A DNA stretch of 64,000 nucleotides from Myxococcota bacterium (GTDB lineage Bacteria > Myxococcota_A > UBA9160 > UBA4427), in NCBI GenBank assembly GCA_041440805.1, contig JASDVF010000050.1, positions 77,012 through 141,011 of the forward strand, given 5' to 3'. The position numbers and the translations under genes were made by a program. Shown piece by piece: positions 17,198-26,853 of this stretch (its first letter is position 1; every line of letters starts with the position of its first letter). The notes beneath the pieces are model-generated. The model was not told the DNA's origin and made no database searches. It saw only the letters and a list, made by a program, of their open reading frames with translations.

Positions 17198-18400
17198 ATG
17201 TCCGGCTTCATCCGAAAAGCGCCCGTTGGCTCTGCCGTGTCCGAGCTCGACTTCTACGGGCAGCCTGCCGTCGACACGCCCCATCTCGCGTACCGCGAAC
17301 TCTTAGATGCCGGGCCCGTCGTCTGGCTTCCGCGCCACAAAGTGCTCGCAGTCGCCCGCTTTGCCCCCCTCCGCGCGATGCTCAAAGCGGACAAGGACTT
17401 TGTTAGTTCACAGGGCGTGACTATGAATCCGATCTTCAACTGGGCTGCGAAAAAATCGGACACCGTGCTCGTAAGCGACGGCGATAAACATGATCGCTTG
17501 CGACGCATACTCATGGCCCCCATGCGCCCCCGCGCCCTCGAGAGCCTGCGCGACAGAATCCGCGAACAAGCACAGGAATGCGTCGATGACGTCGTCGGTC
17601 GCGGAAAATTCGAGGCGATGGAATCCCTGGCCAGCCATCTCCCCGTTTCAATCGTGGCGGATCTCGTGGGACTACCGGACGCCCAGCGAGAAAAAATGAT
17701 CTCGTGGTCGAAGGCGACCTTCAACTTGATCGGACCGATCAATCGACGATCCGTCGGCTCGCTGCCTGCGGTCGCGAACATGTTCAAGGCACAGCGCGGC
17801 CTGGACATCGACCGCGTTCGCCCAGGAACCTGGGCTCATCGCCTCTTCCAGCTGCGAGACGAGGGCGAGATCCGACATAGCGAAGCCCTCGGTATGATGA
17901 TCGACTACATAGCCCCGAGCCTCGATACGACCATCTTCGCGACCGGACATTTGCTTCGCCGCCTCGCCGACCATCCCGATCAATGGCGGATTCTTCGCGA
18001 CGATCCGAGATTGATTCCGAATGCCGTAAATGAATCACTCCGAATCGATTCGGTGATTCGCGCCTTTACGCGAGTCGCGGCACGTGACATCGAATTTGAG
18101 GGGACACCGATTCCAAAGGGACAGCGCATTTTGGCCGTCTACGGCGCGGCGAACCGAGATAACCGTCACTTTGAAAACCCCGACGTTTTCGACATCACCC
18201 GTGATGCGCGAGATCATATGGCCTTTGGGCACGGACCTCACGCTTGTGCCGGAACGCGGCTCGCAAAGGTCGAGATGGAGGCACTCCTCGAGGCCATCCT
18301 CGAGCGGGTCGATCGAATCGACGTTGGCAAGCCCATCATTTCAAACAACAACACGCTTTACGGATTCGATGCACTTCCCGCAGAACTTCATCCCAGTTAG
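17198..18400 (+). CDS. Cytochrome P450
   Basis: Heme loop FGHGPHACAGTRLA and ExxR (ESLRIDS). Confidence 0.9.
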   Translation: MSGFIRKAPVGSAVSELDFYGQPAVDTPHLAYRELLDAGPVVWLPRHKVLAVARFAPLRAMLKADKDFVSSQGVTMNPIFNWAAKKSDTVLVSDGDKHDRLRRILMAPMRPRALESLRDRIREQAQECVDDVVGRGKFEAMESLASHLPVSIVADLVGLPDAQREKMISWSKATFNLIGPINRRSVGSLPAVANMFKAQRGLDIDRVRPGTWAHRLFQLRDEGEIRHSEALGMMIDYIAPSLDTTIFATGHLLRRLADHPDQWRILRDDPRLIPNAVNESLRIDSVIRAFTRVAARDIEFEGTPIPKGQRILAVYGAANRDNRHFENPDVFDITRDARDHMAFGHGPHACAGTRLAKVEMEALLEAILERVDRIDVGKPIISNNNTLYGFDALPAELHPS

Positions 18401-18416
18401 ACGCTAGGCGGAACGA

Positions 18417-18698
18417 CTACTCGTAGGTGCAGAGATAGGCGGTCGCCGTCGCGACTCGAAGCTGAAAGCTCTGATTGGCTTCCACTTCAAAGCTGGCCCC
18501 AGCGCCGTAGGCCCGAAACTCAGATTCGCCGGGCAAGCAAACTACGAGCTCGCCTGCGACAACGGTCATCACTTCCTTCTGGCTCGTTCCGAATTCGTAT
18601 TCCCCCGGCGCCATAACACCGACCGAGGAAGCGAGGGCGGCACCTTGGAAGCCGATCGACTTGACGTTGCCGTCGAAATATTCGTTGACCTTAAGCAT
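18417..18698 (-). CDS. ppnP: Pyrimidine/purine nucleoside phosphorylase PpnP (YaiE/DUF1255)
   Basis: 93 aa, collinear with E. coli PpnP as I remember it ([17 protein letters not shown]...GVM.PGEY.F.T...E.MTVV.G.L...LP......Y.AG..F.V....F.L.V....YLC.Y). Confidence 0.85.
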   Translation of the reverse strand: MLKVNEYFDGNVKSIGFQGAALASSVGVMAPGEYEFGTSQKEVMTVVAGELVVCLPGESEFRAYGAGASFEVEANQSFQLRVATATAYLCTYE

Positions 18699-18784
18699 GT
18701 TGTTTTTCCTTGATCGATCAGCTGAAGGGAGCGATCAGTTAGAAGGAGCAATCAGGTAGAGATGATGAGAGAGACGGGGAGCGA

Positions 18785-19864
18785 TCAGTTAGGCGCGGTC
18801 GGGAATCGACCCTCTGCACGCACAATCGGGAGATCGAGGGAGGTTCGAATTCCGGGTTCCGCCATGCACACCGGGCGCAGCGCATTTACGCAATTCATTG
18901 CGGTCCACACAAGCCCCGGCTCTGACGTATCCGAGCCGATCGGGGACAAAGTGCAGCGTACCGACGGGTCACCTTCAACGTCGACGGTGTATTCGAGCGG
19001 CGCATCGTAAGGCCAGTCCTGATCGATGTCACGAGTCATCTTCCAGTAGGTCTGAAACTCGATGACGCGGCGATCACCGACCTTCCCGATGTACTCGAAA
19101 TGCTGTCCAGCGACGTGATCTTTCTTGATCGTGCCCGCGTGGATCTCGACATCACGCGTCGCGAGTGCGAATTCGTGATGATGCTCGTAGCCGTCGAGTT
19201 CGAAACCGAGACCCGCCGCGATCATGTCCATCGATTCGTTGAAAATCGTGCTCATCACTTCCATGAGCGCCGGCGGCGACGCGGACGCGTCTTCGGCAGA
19301 CATCCCAAATCCGAGCTGATCCATCACCATCTCAGGGCTCTCGCTGCCCTGCGAAAGATCGCAGACCTCGGTCACGGTCACCTTGTCGATTCGCCGACAC
19401 AGGGCGCTCACCACGAGCGGCAATCGATCTCCGGCGAAACCCGGATGGATTCCACTTCCGTGGAAAGAGCTACCGCCCTTTTTACAGGCCGCATCAATCC
19501 GTCCTGCGAGCGAGGGGTCCTTCACGAAAGAGAATCCCGTCGGCGTCACTACATTTTTTCCCGACTCAAGAATGCGGCACATCTCATCAACGTCGGAAAG
19601 CAGCGGCGCATAGAGCACGCAATCCGCGTCGCACTCAAGAATTTCATTCACGTCCGTTGTCGCAGCCACGCCTAGCTTCTCGATTCCTGCGAGCGTCCCG
19701 GCATCGATCCCATGCTTCGTGGCACTATGAACCCAAACGCCTGCCAGCTCGAGGGCAGGATCCTCGGCGATCGCTCCGATCGCATAACGACCGATGCTGC
19801 CCGTTGCCCACTGTACGATTCGGAGTGGACGAGATGAACCCGTCGCCTTTGCACTCGATGTCAT
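18785..19864 (-). CDS. DapB-like NAD(P)-binding oxidoreductase (dihydrodipicolinate-reductase/amine-dehydrogenase-like)
   Basis: N-terminal LRIVQWATGSIGRYAIGAI..LELAGVWV dinucleotide fold. Start at ATG 19864. Confidence 0.7.
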   Translation of the reverse strand: MTSSAKATGSSRPLRIVQWATGSIGRYAIGAIAEDPALELAGVWVHSATKHGIDAGTLAGIEKLGVAATTDVNEILECDADCVLYAPLLSDVDEMCRILESGKNVVTPTGFSFVKDPSLAGRIDAACKKGGSSFHGSGIHPGFAGDRLPLVVSALCRRIDKVTVTEVCDLSQGSESPEMVMDQLGFGMSAEDASASPPALMEVMSTIFNESMDMIAAGLGFELDGYEHHHEFALATRDVEIHAGTIKKDHVAGQHFEYIGKVGDRRVIEFQTYWKMTRDIDQDWPYDAPLEYTVDVEGDPSVRCTLSPIGSDTSEPGLVWTAMNCVNALRPVCMAEPGIRTSLDLPIVRAEGRFPTAPN

Positions 19865-19987
19865 GTCGAATTCAACCTCTCTTGTTCTCGGGCTCTGAAT
19901 ACCGCGAGCAGCACTCACGAGCCAGCAAGCCTAGACTCTCACGTCATCCCTCGCATCGATGGATCGATCGAAAAAGCCGGAGCCCCG

Positions 19988-20581
19988 ATGACCCTCCCGT
20001 ATCGCTTCTGCGCCGCGAAACGCCCGCCCGAGATACCAGGGGGGCGACGTCCGAGCGCCCGCCGCTTCGTAGTCTTTTTATTGACGAGCGCGTTCGCTTT
20101 CTCGCTTGGATGCGTCGAACAAAATACCGAAGCCACCACAGCCACATCTACATCCGTCCGGCAGCCGTACGCCGTTCCGCTTCGTTCGAATGCAGAGCTC
20201 GCCAACGAGCTCCAGAACCTCTGCACCAAGGCAGAAGCAAGCGAACGTGGACTCGCCCTTGTGGAGTTCTCAGCCTCGTGGTGCAGCGACTGCCAAAAGC
20301 TCCACGGCATGAAACAAACGTCGCCTCTCTCTGAAACACTCGACGCGCTGCCGCACCTCACAGTTAATGTCGGCCGCTTCGACCAACATCGCTCTCTGCT
20401 CGACGCACTCCAAATCGAGAAAATTGCGCACTGGTCTATCTTTGCGCCTACGAACTGCACAGAACCGATTACGCGGTGGACCCGCCTTTCACGTCGCACT
20501 CTCGAAGTCTCGAGCGGCGCGGCACGCAATCTCTCTCCCGCGGATCTAGCGGCCTGGCTGGCGCCACTGCGGAAGTCCTAG
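19988..20581 (+). CDS. Thioredoxin-fold lipoprotein
   Basis: Lipobox LTSAFAFSLGC and active-site-like ALVEFSASWCSDCQKL (CxxC). Confidence 0.65.
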   Translation: MTLPYRFCAAKRPPEIPGGRRPSARRFVVFLLTSAFAFSLGCVEQNTEATTATSTSVRQPYAVPLRSNAELANELQNLCTKAEASERGLALVEFSASWCSDCQKLHGMKQTSPLSETLDALPHLTVNVGRFDQHRSLLDALQIEKIAHWSIFAPTNCTEPITRWTRLSRRTLEVSSGAARNLSPADLAAWLAPLRKS

Positions 20582-20583
20582 CT

Positions 20584-21375
20584 CTACCAGAGCTGATCCG
20601 CGTATTTGTCCGTACCGACGACGGTCTTATGAAAGGGACCGACGAAGCAGACCCGACCGAGACCCGAAGCGTCGATCGCGTCCGCATAACGCGACACGTC
20701 CGACCACGCCGCCTCGACATCCCCTTCGAGAAACGCGAGCTGCATGGTGCGCTCCGGACCTCCGGTTCCAGTCCCCAGATCCATCGGGGCATTCGCCGTA
20801 ATTTCGTCGCGCGGCTGCGCGCGCCATGTCGAGATATTGGCCATCGCACTTCCCGCCAGGACGTCGCACGTTTCCGTCCAGTCCGAGAAATCGTCTTCGC
20901 TGACGCCGGCCGCTCGATCTGTCGCAATCATCGCCACCCCCACATAGCCATGATCAAGTGCGAGCTGGATCGGCACCGGGTCGGCATCGCGATACGCGGT
21001 TGTCAGATAATCGAAGAGCACCGTGTGCACGTGGCGCCGCTCGGAGAACCCGCGGCCCTTTTCGTAGAGCCAATGAACCTGCTCCCCAGCCCATGCCCAA
21101 TGCTCGCGATCCTTGCCCGCATGCACCCAATAGATTGCAACATAAGACCCCGCATCAACAGGATTCGCGACTTCCCCGCGACCATCGGAGCGCCGAAGCG
21201 ATTTGAGCGCTCGCGTCGCGACGAAACGTCCCCCCGAAAAGAGCCACGGCCCAACCATGCAGCCGGCATAGAAGTGGTCGCGCTCGTACCAACGGTTATA
21301 GGCAACCTCGTGCCCGGGCTCGGGGTCGACCAAAGTCAGCAACATGCTTCCAATTTCGATCGGGACATCTTTCAT
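20584..21375 (-). CDS. Hypothetical protein (ferredoxin-like/EthD-like N-terminus?)
   Basis: 263 aa with normal composition. Its N-terminus (LLTLVDPEPGHEVAYNRWYERDH) resembles that of 40849-41190. The overlapping plus-strand ORF is Arg-rich antisense noise. Confidence 0.6.
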   Translation of the reverse strand: MKDVPIEIGSMLLTLVDPEPGHEVAYNRWYERDHFYAGCMVGPWLFSGGRFVATRALKSLRRSDGRGEVANPVDAGSYVAIYWVHAGKDREHWAWAGEQVHWLYEKGRGFSERRHVHTVLFDYLTTAYRDADPVPIQLALDHGYVGVAMIATDRAAGVSEDDFSDWTETCDVLAGSAMANISTWRAQPRDEITANAPMDLGTGTGGPERTMQLAFLEGDVEAAWSDVSRYADAIDASGLGRVCFVGPFHKTVVGTDKYADQLW

Positions 21376-21572
21376 CGCTCGTGCTCCCTATTCATGCTTC
21401 CCGGACGACCGTAGCAACCGAATTGCTCTTTAGAGACGGGCATATTTTTAGAACTTTTTGCGCCTCGCCCCACGCGTCGGCGGGGCTAGAATCAAAGGCT
21501 CAACTTCACGCCGATTGGGCGTTTGCCGCCCACCACTTATTCAACCCGCCCGTATCCTGGAGATCCAGACAC

Positions 21573-22655
21573 ATGAAGGCAGCCGTACTTCGCGAATACA
21601 ACGCCCCGCTCGAAATCGAAGAGATCCAAATCGACAAACCTGGGCCCTACGAAGTACTGACCCGGACCGCCGCCTCGGGCATCTGTCACAGCGACCTTCA
21701 CGTCATCGAAGGCGGAATTCCGATGCCGACGCCCTGCGTGCTAGGCCACGAGCCCGCCGGAATCGTCGAAGCCGTTGGATCCGAGGTGACGGATTTCAAG
21801 CCCGGTGATCATGTGATCGGCTGTTTGAATGCATGGTGCGGGAAGTGCAACTACTGCCTAACAGGACGGCCACATCTCTGCATGCCTCCCGAAATGCTGG
21901 CACGCCTCGACGGAAGTTCTCGACTCACCAAAGATGGCGATCCTATCATGCAGTTCGCACTGTCTTCCTTCGCAGAGCAAATGCTCACGCATGAGCGCTC
22001 GCTCGTGAAAATTCGCGACGATATGCCGCTGGACCGCGCATCACTGATCGGCTGTGGCGTAACAACCGGCATCGGCGCGGTGCTTCGAACGGCCAAGGTA
22101 GAGCCCGGTGCGGTCTGTGCCGTCATAGGCTGTGGCGGCGTTGGTCTGTCGGCGCTTCAGGGATGCCGAATCGCGGGTGCCAGTCGGATCATCGCAGTTG
22201 ATACGATGGACTGGAAGCTCGAGCTCGCCCGAGAGCTCGGTGCCACCGACGTCATTAATGCATCGAATGGAGATCCCGTCGCGCAAGTCCAGGAACTAAC
22301 GGGCGGCGGAGTCGACTACGCGTTCGAATGCATTGGGCTTAAGCCGACGATCCAGCAAGCAGTTGGAATGGCCGCCAAAGGGGGGGCTGCGGTCCTCGTC
22401 GGCGTCCTAGCAGTGACCGAGACCGTCGAGCTCAGCGCAGCCGACATCACGCTGCAAGAAAAGCGCATCCTTGGATCGTTCATGGGCTCGAACGCGTTCC
22501 GACGCGACATGCCCCAATACGTCGACTACTACCTCGACGGTCGCTTGCGGCTCGACGAAATGATCTCCAAGCGCATTCCGCTCGAGGAAATCAATCCGGC
22601 CTTCGATGCGATGAAGGCGGGCGAGGTGGCTCGCTCAGTCATCGTCTTCGACTGA
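21573..22655 (+). CDS. Zinc-dependent alcohol dehydrogenase
   Basis: GICHSDLH, GHEPAGIVEAVG and Rossmann GCGGVGLSA motifs. Start at ATG 21573 (MKAAVLREY). Confidence 0.9.
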   Translation: MKAAVLREYNAPLEIEEIQIDKPGPYEVLTRTAASGICHSDLHVIEGGIPMPTPCVLGHEPAGIVEAVGSEVTDFKPGDHVIGCLNAWCGKCNYCLTGRPHLCMPPEMLARLDGSSRLTKDGDPIMQFALSSFAEQMLTHERSLVKIRDDMPLDRASLIGCGVTTGIGAVLRTAKVEPGAVCAVIGCGGVGLSALQGCRIAGASRIIAVDTMDWKLELARELGATDVINASNGDPVAQVQELTGGGVDYAFECIGLKPTIQQAVGMAAKGGAAVLVGVLAVTETVELSAADITLQEKRILGSFMGSNAFRRDMPQYVDYYLDGRLRLDEMISKRIPLEEINPAFDAMKAGEVARSVIVFD

Positions 22656-22777
22656 TCGCCGGCGATCGCCAAAGCGCAATTGCGAAGACTCTCGTCCCTT
22701 ACGGCTGCGAAGCGCAGCCGTAAGGGCCGTCTTCGCGCGGCGATCGACCTCGCACCGCTCGGCGCTAGACTGTTTCG

Positions 22778-23389
22778 ATGCTCACGATTTACCATTCGAA
22801 ACAGTCGCGCTCCATGCGCGTGGTTTGGCTCTGCGAAGAGCTCCGTCTCGATTACACGCTTTCGCATCTCGCGATGTTCACGCCCGAGATGAAGACGAAG
22901 GACTACCTACAAATTCACCCGCTCGGGAAAGTTCCGGCGATCGACGACGACGGTTTCATTCTATGGGAGACCCATGCGATCTTCGAATATCTCGTCGGCA
23001 AACACGGCGACCCTGAACTCATCCCCCCGCGTGAGACGAAGCAGGGAGCACGAGCCTCCCAGTGGATGGCCTACGGCGAGAACCCGCTGACAATCATCAT
23101 GGGCGAAGTCGCAGCACACGGCGGACCTATGCCCGAAGAAATGCGGATCCCGGCCCTCGTAGATCGAGGGAAAGAAATCGCTCCGGCCCTGGTCAGCGTC
23201 GTAGAGCGCGCACTCGGAGACGAACCGTATATCCTCGGCAGTAAATTCAGCGCCGCCGACATCATGCTCGCCTTTGGCTTGAATATCGGACGCTATCTTG
23301 GCTTTGTCGGACCAGACACACCGAGGTGCGATGCCTATCTCGACCGGCTCGCCGCACGTCCCGCCTATCAAAAGGCGGCATCGGCCTAG
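22778..23389 (+). CDS. Glutathione S-transferase
   Basis: N-terminal GST fold HPLGKVPAIDDDGFILWETHAIFEYL and a helical C-terminal domain. Confidence 0.85.
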   Translation: MLTIYHSKQSRSMRVVWLCEELRLDYTLSHLAMFTPEMKTKDYLQIHPLGKVPAIDDDGFILWETHAIFEYLVGKHGDPELIPPRETKQGARASQWMAYGENPLTIIMGEVAAHGGPMPEEMRIPALVDRGKEIAPALVSVVERALGDEPYILGSKFSAADIMLAFGLNIGRYLGFVGPDTPRCDAYLDRLAARPAYQKAASA

Positions 23390-23401
23390 CCTAGACTTCG
23401 C

Positions 23402-24007
23402 CTAACGAGCCCGGTACAGCGAAGTATCTACGGCCGCGGCCATGCCTGCGAGCGCGTCGGTCTCACTGGATGTTCCGAGAAATTCGGCGACGCGACGAGC
23501 GACTTGAAGAGGCTCGCAGAGCGCTTCGCCATGCTCGATTTCGAGACCGAGCGTATTCGGATCGTTTTCAATCCAAGCGCGTGCCTGTGCCATCGACTTC
23601 GTGAATGCCGCGCGGAGAATGCCGTCCTCTCCTTCGCGCTCGGCAGGGGAGTTCGCCGCGGCGCCCCCCATCATCCGCGCCTGCGAACGCAGCACCTCAT
23701 CCAGATCTCGTTTCATCAGGACAATGCGGTAATGCGGCCCGGAGGGCAGCCTCGGAAGCAGGGGCGAGACAACCTTGAGCGCCATGCCACTCGCGCTGCT
23801 TACGAAACCGCTCTCCCGCGCAAGACGCTTCACCGCTTCGTGCTCGAAGTAGCCCCGCGGATTACTTCGATCCGGCACGCGCGCGTCGTCCGTGAGAATC
23901 GGCAGCCCCGAAGCCGCGATCATCTGCATCATCATCGACGTACCGGAACGCGGCAGTCCCGAAACAACCGTCACGAAGGCCGGCTCGCTCGCTGATCCCG
24001 TAGTCAC
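23402..24007 (-). CDS. Sulfotransferase family protein (P-loop type)
   Basis: PAPS-binding-like P-loop VVSGLPRSGTSMMMQM; size and layout fit small bacterial sulfotransferases. Confidence 0.7.
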   Translation of the reverse strand: MTTGSASEPAFVTVVSGLPRSGTSMMMQMIAASGLPILTDDARVPDRSNPRGYFEHEAVKRLARESGFVSSASGMALKVVSPLLPRLPSGPHYRIVLMKRDLDEVLRSQARMMGGAAANSPAEREGEDGILRAAFTKSMAQARAWIENDPNTLGLEIEHGEALCEPLQVARRVAEFLGTSSETDALAGMAAAVDTSLYRAR

Positions 24008-24058
24008 GACTCAGTACTCACAACTCGGTACCACGATTCAGTACTCACGATTCCGCAC

Positions 24059-24910
24059 TCACGCAGTCGATTCGACATCCGCAGCCAAGAACGCGTCTCC
24101 CAGCACTTCCTTTCCGTCGAGGCTATGAACTTTGCGAGCCGCATAATGAACGATGTCGCGACTCGCGATCACGCGTCCCACGTGGCGACCGCTGCAGAGT
24201 TCCAGCGCTCCCTCCGCCATCATTTCGACCGGCTCGACCCAATCGGGGTTCTTGCGCGCGATATCTCTCACATAATCGGCGCCGCTCGTGAGCACGATCG
24301 CAGTGGGCATCATGCAATTCACGAAGATCTCGTACTCCTGGACTTCGTGCGCCAGGGCTTCCGTGTAGCGGTCGAGCGCAGCTTTGGTCGCACCGTAGGC
24401 GCCGATGACCCAGGCAGACATCTTCGAATCGCGGTACGGGATTTCAGGCTGCGATGACGTCGCGCTGCCGATATTTAGAATCCACCCCCCGCCGTTTTCC
24501 TTCATGGCGGGAATGCATTGCTGTGCCAGGTCGACCGGGGCATTCACATTCAGCTCGAACATGAAGGAGCGGTCGGCGTTCGTCGTTTGGCTCGGGAGTT
24601 TCATGATCCCTGAGGCGGCGTTATTCACGAGGATGTCGATCGGTCCGAAAAACTCGCTCGCGCGCTCAACTAACCCTTCGCGCGCCGCCGGGTCTGCGAG
24701 ATCACATGCGATCGCTGCAGCATCCCCCCCTGCCGCCTGAATATCTGCAGCGACTGCTTCAAGCGTTCCGGGCAGTGGCCCGTGCGCGCCCATGCGCGAA
24801 GCGTTTACGATGACCGAAGCCCCTTCGGAAACCAAGCGCTGTGCGATTGCTTTTCCAATTCCGCGGCTCGCGCCCGTTACTAGAGCCACCTTGCCTTCAC
24901 ATCGACCCAT
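24059..24910 (-). CDS. SDR family oxidoreductase
   Basis: TGASRGIGKAIA and YGATKAAL motifs. Confidence 0.85.
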   Translation of the reverse strand: MGRCEGKVALVTGASRGIGKAIAQRLVSEGASVIVNASRMGAHGPLPGTLEAVAADIQAAGGDAAAIACDLADPAAREGLVERASEFFGPIDILVNNAASGIMKLPSQTTNADRSFMFELNVNAPVDLAQQCIPAMKENGGGWILNIGSATSSQPEIPYRDSKMSAWVIGAYGATKAALDRYTEALAHEVQEYEIFVNCMMPTAIVLTSGADYVRDIARKNPDWVEPVEMMAEGALELCSGRHVGRVIASRDIVHYAARKVHSLDGKEVLGDAFLAADVESTA

Positions 24911-25010
24911 TCATCCGTCCTCCTAGAGAGGCCGCACTAGAAAATCGCGCGGCCGAGTTCTTCAGGTATACACCCGCGCGCCCGCAGGATCCATCTCCAG
25001 AAGTTCGCCC

Positions 25011-25874
25011 TCAGGTGCAGCGAATCCCTTCGAGCCCCAGTGTCCTATGTGCATCCTGCATCAGATCGAGCTGTTCACGAGCGGAAAGCGCCCCGCCCAG
25101 GGTGCGCAGACAAAGATGGGAGGCGCCAGCAGATTCCCAATCGCGCAGCCGCCCCAACCACTCTCCCGTCGACTTCCCAGCCATGCCACAGCCGCCTTCC
25201 ATCCCAATGACGTCGGGATCGCGATTAATAGCGCGGGCATAACCTTCAATTTCTTCTCGCATCGCGAAGGTCGCTTCAATCGGAACAACCGCGAACCATC
25301 CATCGGAGCGCTCCCCTATTCGACGCAGCAAAGCGTCCTTCGAGCGCGCCTTCATGAATCCCGAGCCCCCGCCAATCCAAATCGGAATGGGGCGCTGGAT
25401 CGGAAGCGGATCGAGACCGAATCCCGACACGGAATCGAAGCGGCCTTCGAATACCGGCGCCTCTTCCGTCCAAAGCGCGCGTAAGAGATCGATCTGTTCA
25501 TCGCATCGTGCGCCTCGCTGATGATAGTCGTGGCCCTGGACCTGATATTCCTCACGACTCCCTCCGACCCCTACACCGATTCGAACACGCCCACCGGAGA
25601 GCAAATCGAGCTCCGCCGCCTGCTTCGCAAAGAGTGGCGTCTGACGCGAAGGCAGGACAATCACTGAAGGAACGAGCTCGATCCGTTTCGTGAATCCCGC
25701 AACCCAAGAAAGCAACGTCATCGGCTCGTGCAAATGGCCACTCTTCGGCCGCATCACGAGATCCGGCACCCGGAGATGCGCGAGACCCAGGTCGTCCGCC
25801 GCCTCCGCGAATTCTCGGATCGCCCCGAGATCATTCGCAAGCTCTCGTACGGGTAGCGAGATTCCGATTCGCAT
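25011..25874 (-). CDS. LLM-class (luciferase-like) flavin/F420-dependent oxidoreductase
   Basis: 287 aa luciferase-like TIM-barrel sequence (MRIGISLPVRE..., ..GGRVRIGVGVGG..). Confidence 0.85.
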   Translation of the reverse strand: MRIGISLPVRELANDLGAIREFAEAADDLGLAHLRVPDLVMRPKSGHLHEPMTLLSWVAGFTKRIELVPSVIVLPSRQTPLFAKQAAELDLLSGGRVRIGVGVGGSREEYQVQGHDYHQRGARCDEQIDLLRALWTEEAPVFEGRFDSVSGFGLDPLPIQRPIPIWIGGGSGFMKARSKDALLRRIGERSDGWFAVVPIEATFAMREEIEGYARAINRDPDVIGMEGGCGMAGKSTGEWLGRLRDWESAGASHLCLRTLGGALSAREQLDLMQDAHRTLGLEGIRCT

Positions 25875-26015
25875 TGTTTCCGTTCCTTACCTCACCCGCA
25901 TTGCGCAAACGCGAGTCGAAATGAGTGTTCTCGATCGCCCGACGGACTCGGCCTTGGCCGACGCGGACGCCCGAGCAATTGGTTAGCGTTTGGACTCTAG
26001 ACTAGGAGGCATGAC

Positions 26016-26762
26016 ATGTTCGATCTCACAGGCCGATCGGCCCTGATTACCGGCGCTGGCCAAGGCGTTGGAGCAGGAATCGCTCGCGCGCTCGCAGATC
26101 TCGGTGCGAGTGTGGCAATCAATGATCTTCGCGAGGAGCGCGCAGCGGAAACCGTCGCCGCAATCGAGGCGGCCGGCGGCAAAGCCGTCACAGCCGCTTT
26201 CGATGTCTGTGATTATGACGCGACTGTCGCAGGAATCGCCCGCGCCGAAGCGACCCTCGGCCCACTCGATATTTTGGTCAATAACGCGGGTGTGCCGCCG
26301 GGCATGGGCGTGACACAGTTTCGTGACACAAAGCCCGAAGACTGGCGGCCCTTCATCGACCTTAACACCTACGGCGTGATGAACTGCGTGCATGCCGTTG
26401 TCGACGGGATGTGCAACCGCGGCAAGGGGCGAATCATAACGATTTCCTCCGGCGCTGGAACGGTTGGCATTCCTCTTGGCATCTCCGCCTATGGCGCAGG
26501 CAAGGGCGGCGGCATCGCCTTCATGCGCCATCTTGCGATGGAAGTCGCAAAGACGGGCGTCACTGCGAATACGATCGCGATCGGCCTCATCGACAATCAT
26601 TCCGAGCCCGAAATCACGGCCCATATGGCGAAGACGGTTCCCGTCGGTGCACTCGGACAACCCGAAGACATCGCGGCCCTTGTCGTCTACCTCGCCTCGG
26701 ATGAAGCCAAGTGGATGACTGGCCAAACGCTGCAGCTGAATGGCGGCAACGTCACGACCTAA
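26016..26762 (+). CDS. SDR family oxidoreductase (FabG-like)
   Basis: TGAGQGVGAGIA, NNAG and YGAGKGG motifs. Confidence 0.9.
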   Translation: MFDLTGRSALITGAGQGVGAGIARALADLGASVAINDLREERAAETVAAIEAAGGKAVTAAFDVCDYDATVAGIARAEATLGPLDILVNNAGVPPGMGVTQFRDTKPEDWRPFIDLNTYGVMNCVHAVVDGMCNRGKGRIITISSGAGTVGIPLGISAYGAGKGGGIAFMRHLAMEVAKTGVTANTIAIGLIDNHSEPEITAHMAKTVPVGALGQPEDIAALVVYLASDEAKWMTGQTLQLNGGNVTT

Positions 26763-26853
26763 GGCTGGGCTCGCCCACAGGCGAGCCCCCGTTTCGTTCG
26801 GCCGGACACCGATCCGCTAACAACACTCAGCCCCTAGCAGCAAAGGAAATGCC

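Noticed and set aside
18835-18860. GGTTCGAATTCCGGG, resembling a tRNA T-arm
   Set aside because: It has an extra base relative to the T-loop consensus, no acceptor or anticodon arms can be drawn, and it lies inside a well-supported CDS.
20476-21414. 312-aa plus-strand ORF
   Set aside because: It is the Arg-rich antisense frame of the compositionally normal minus-strand gene 20584-21375.
25983-26726. 247-aa minus-strand ORF
   Set aside because: It is antisense to a clear FabG-like SDR carrying all the motifs.
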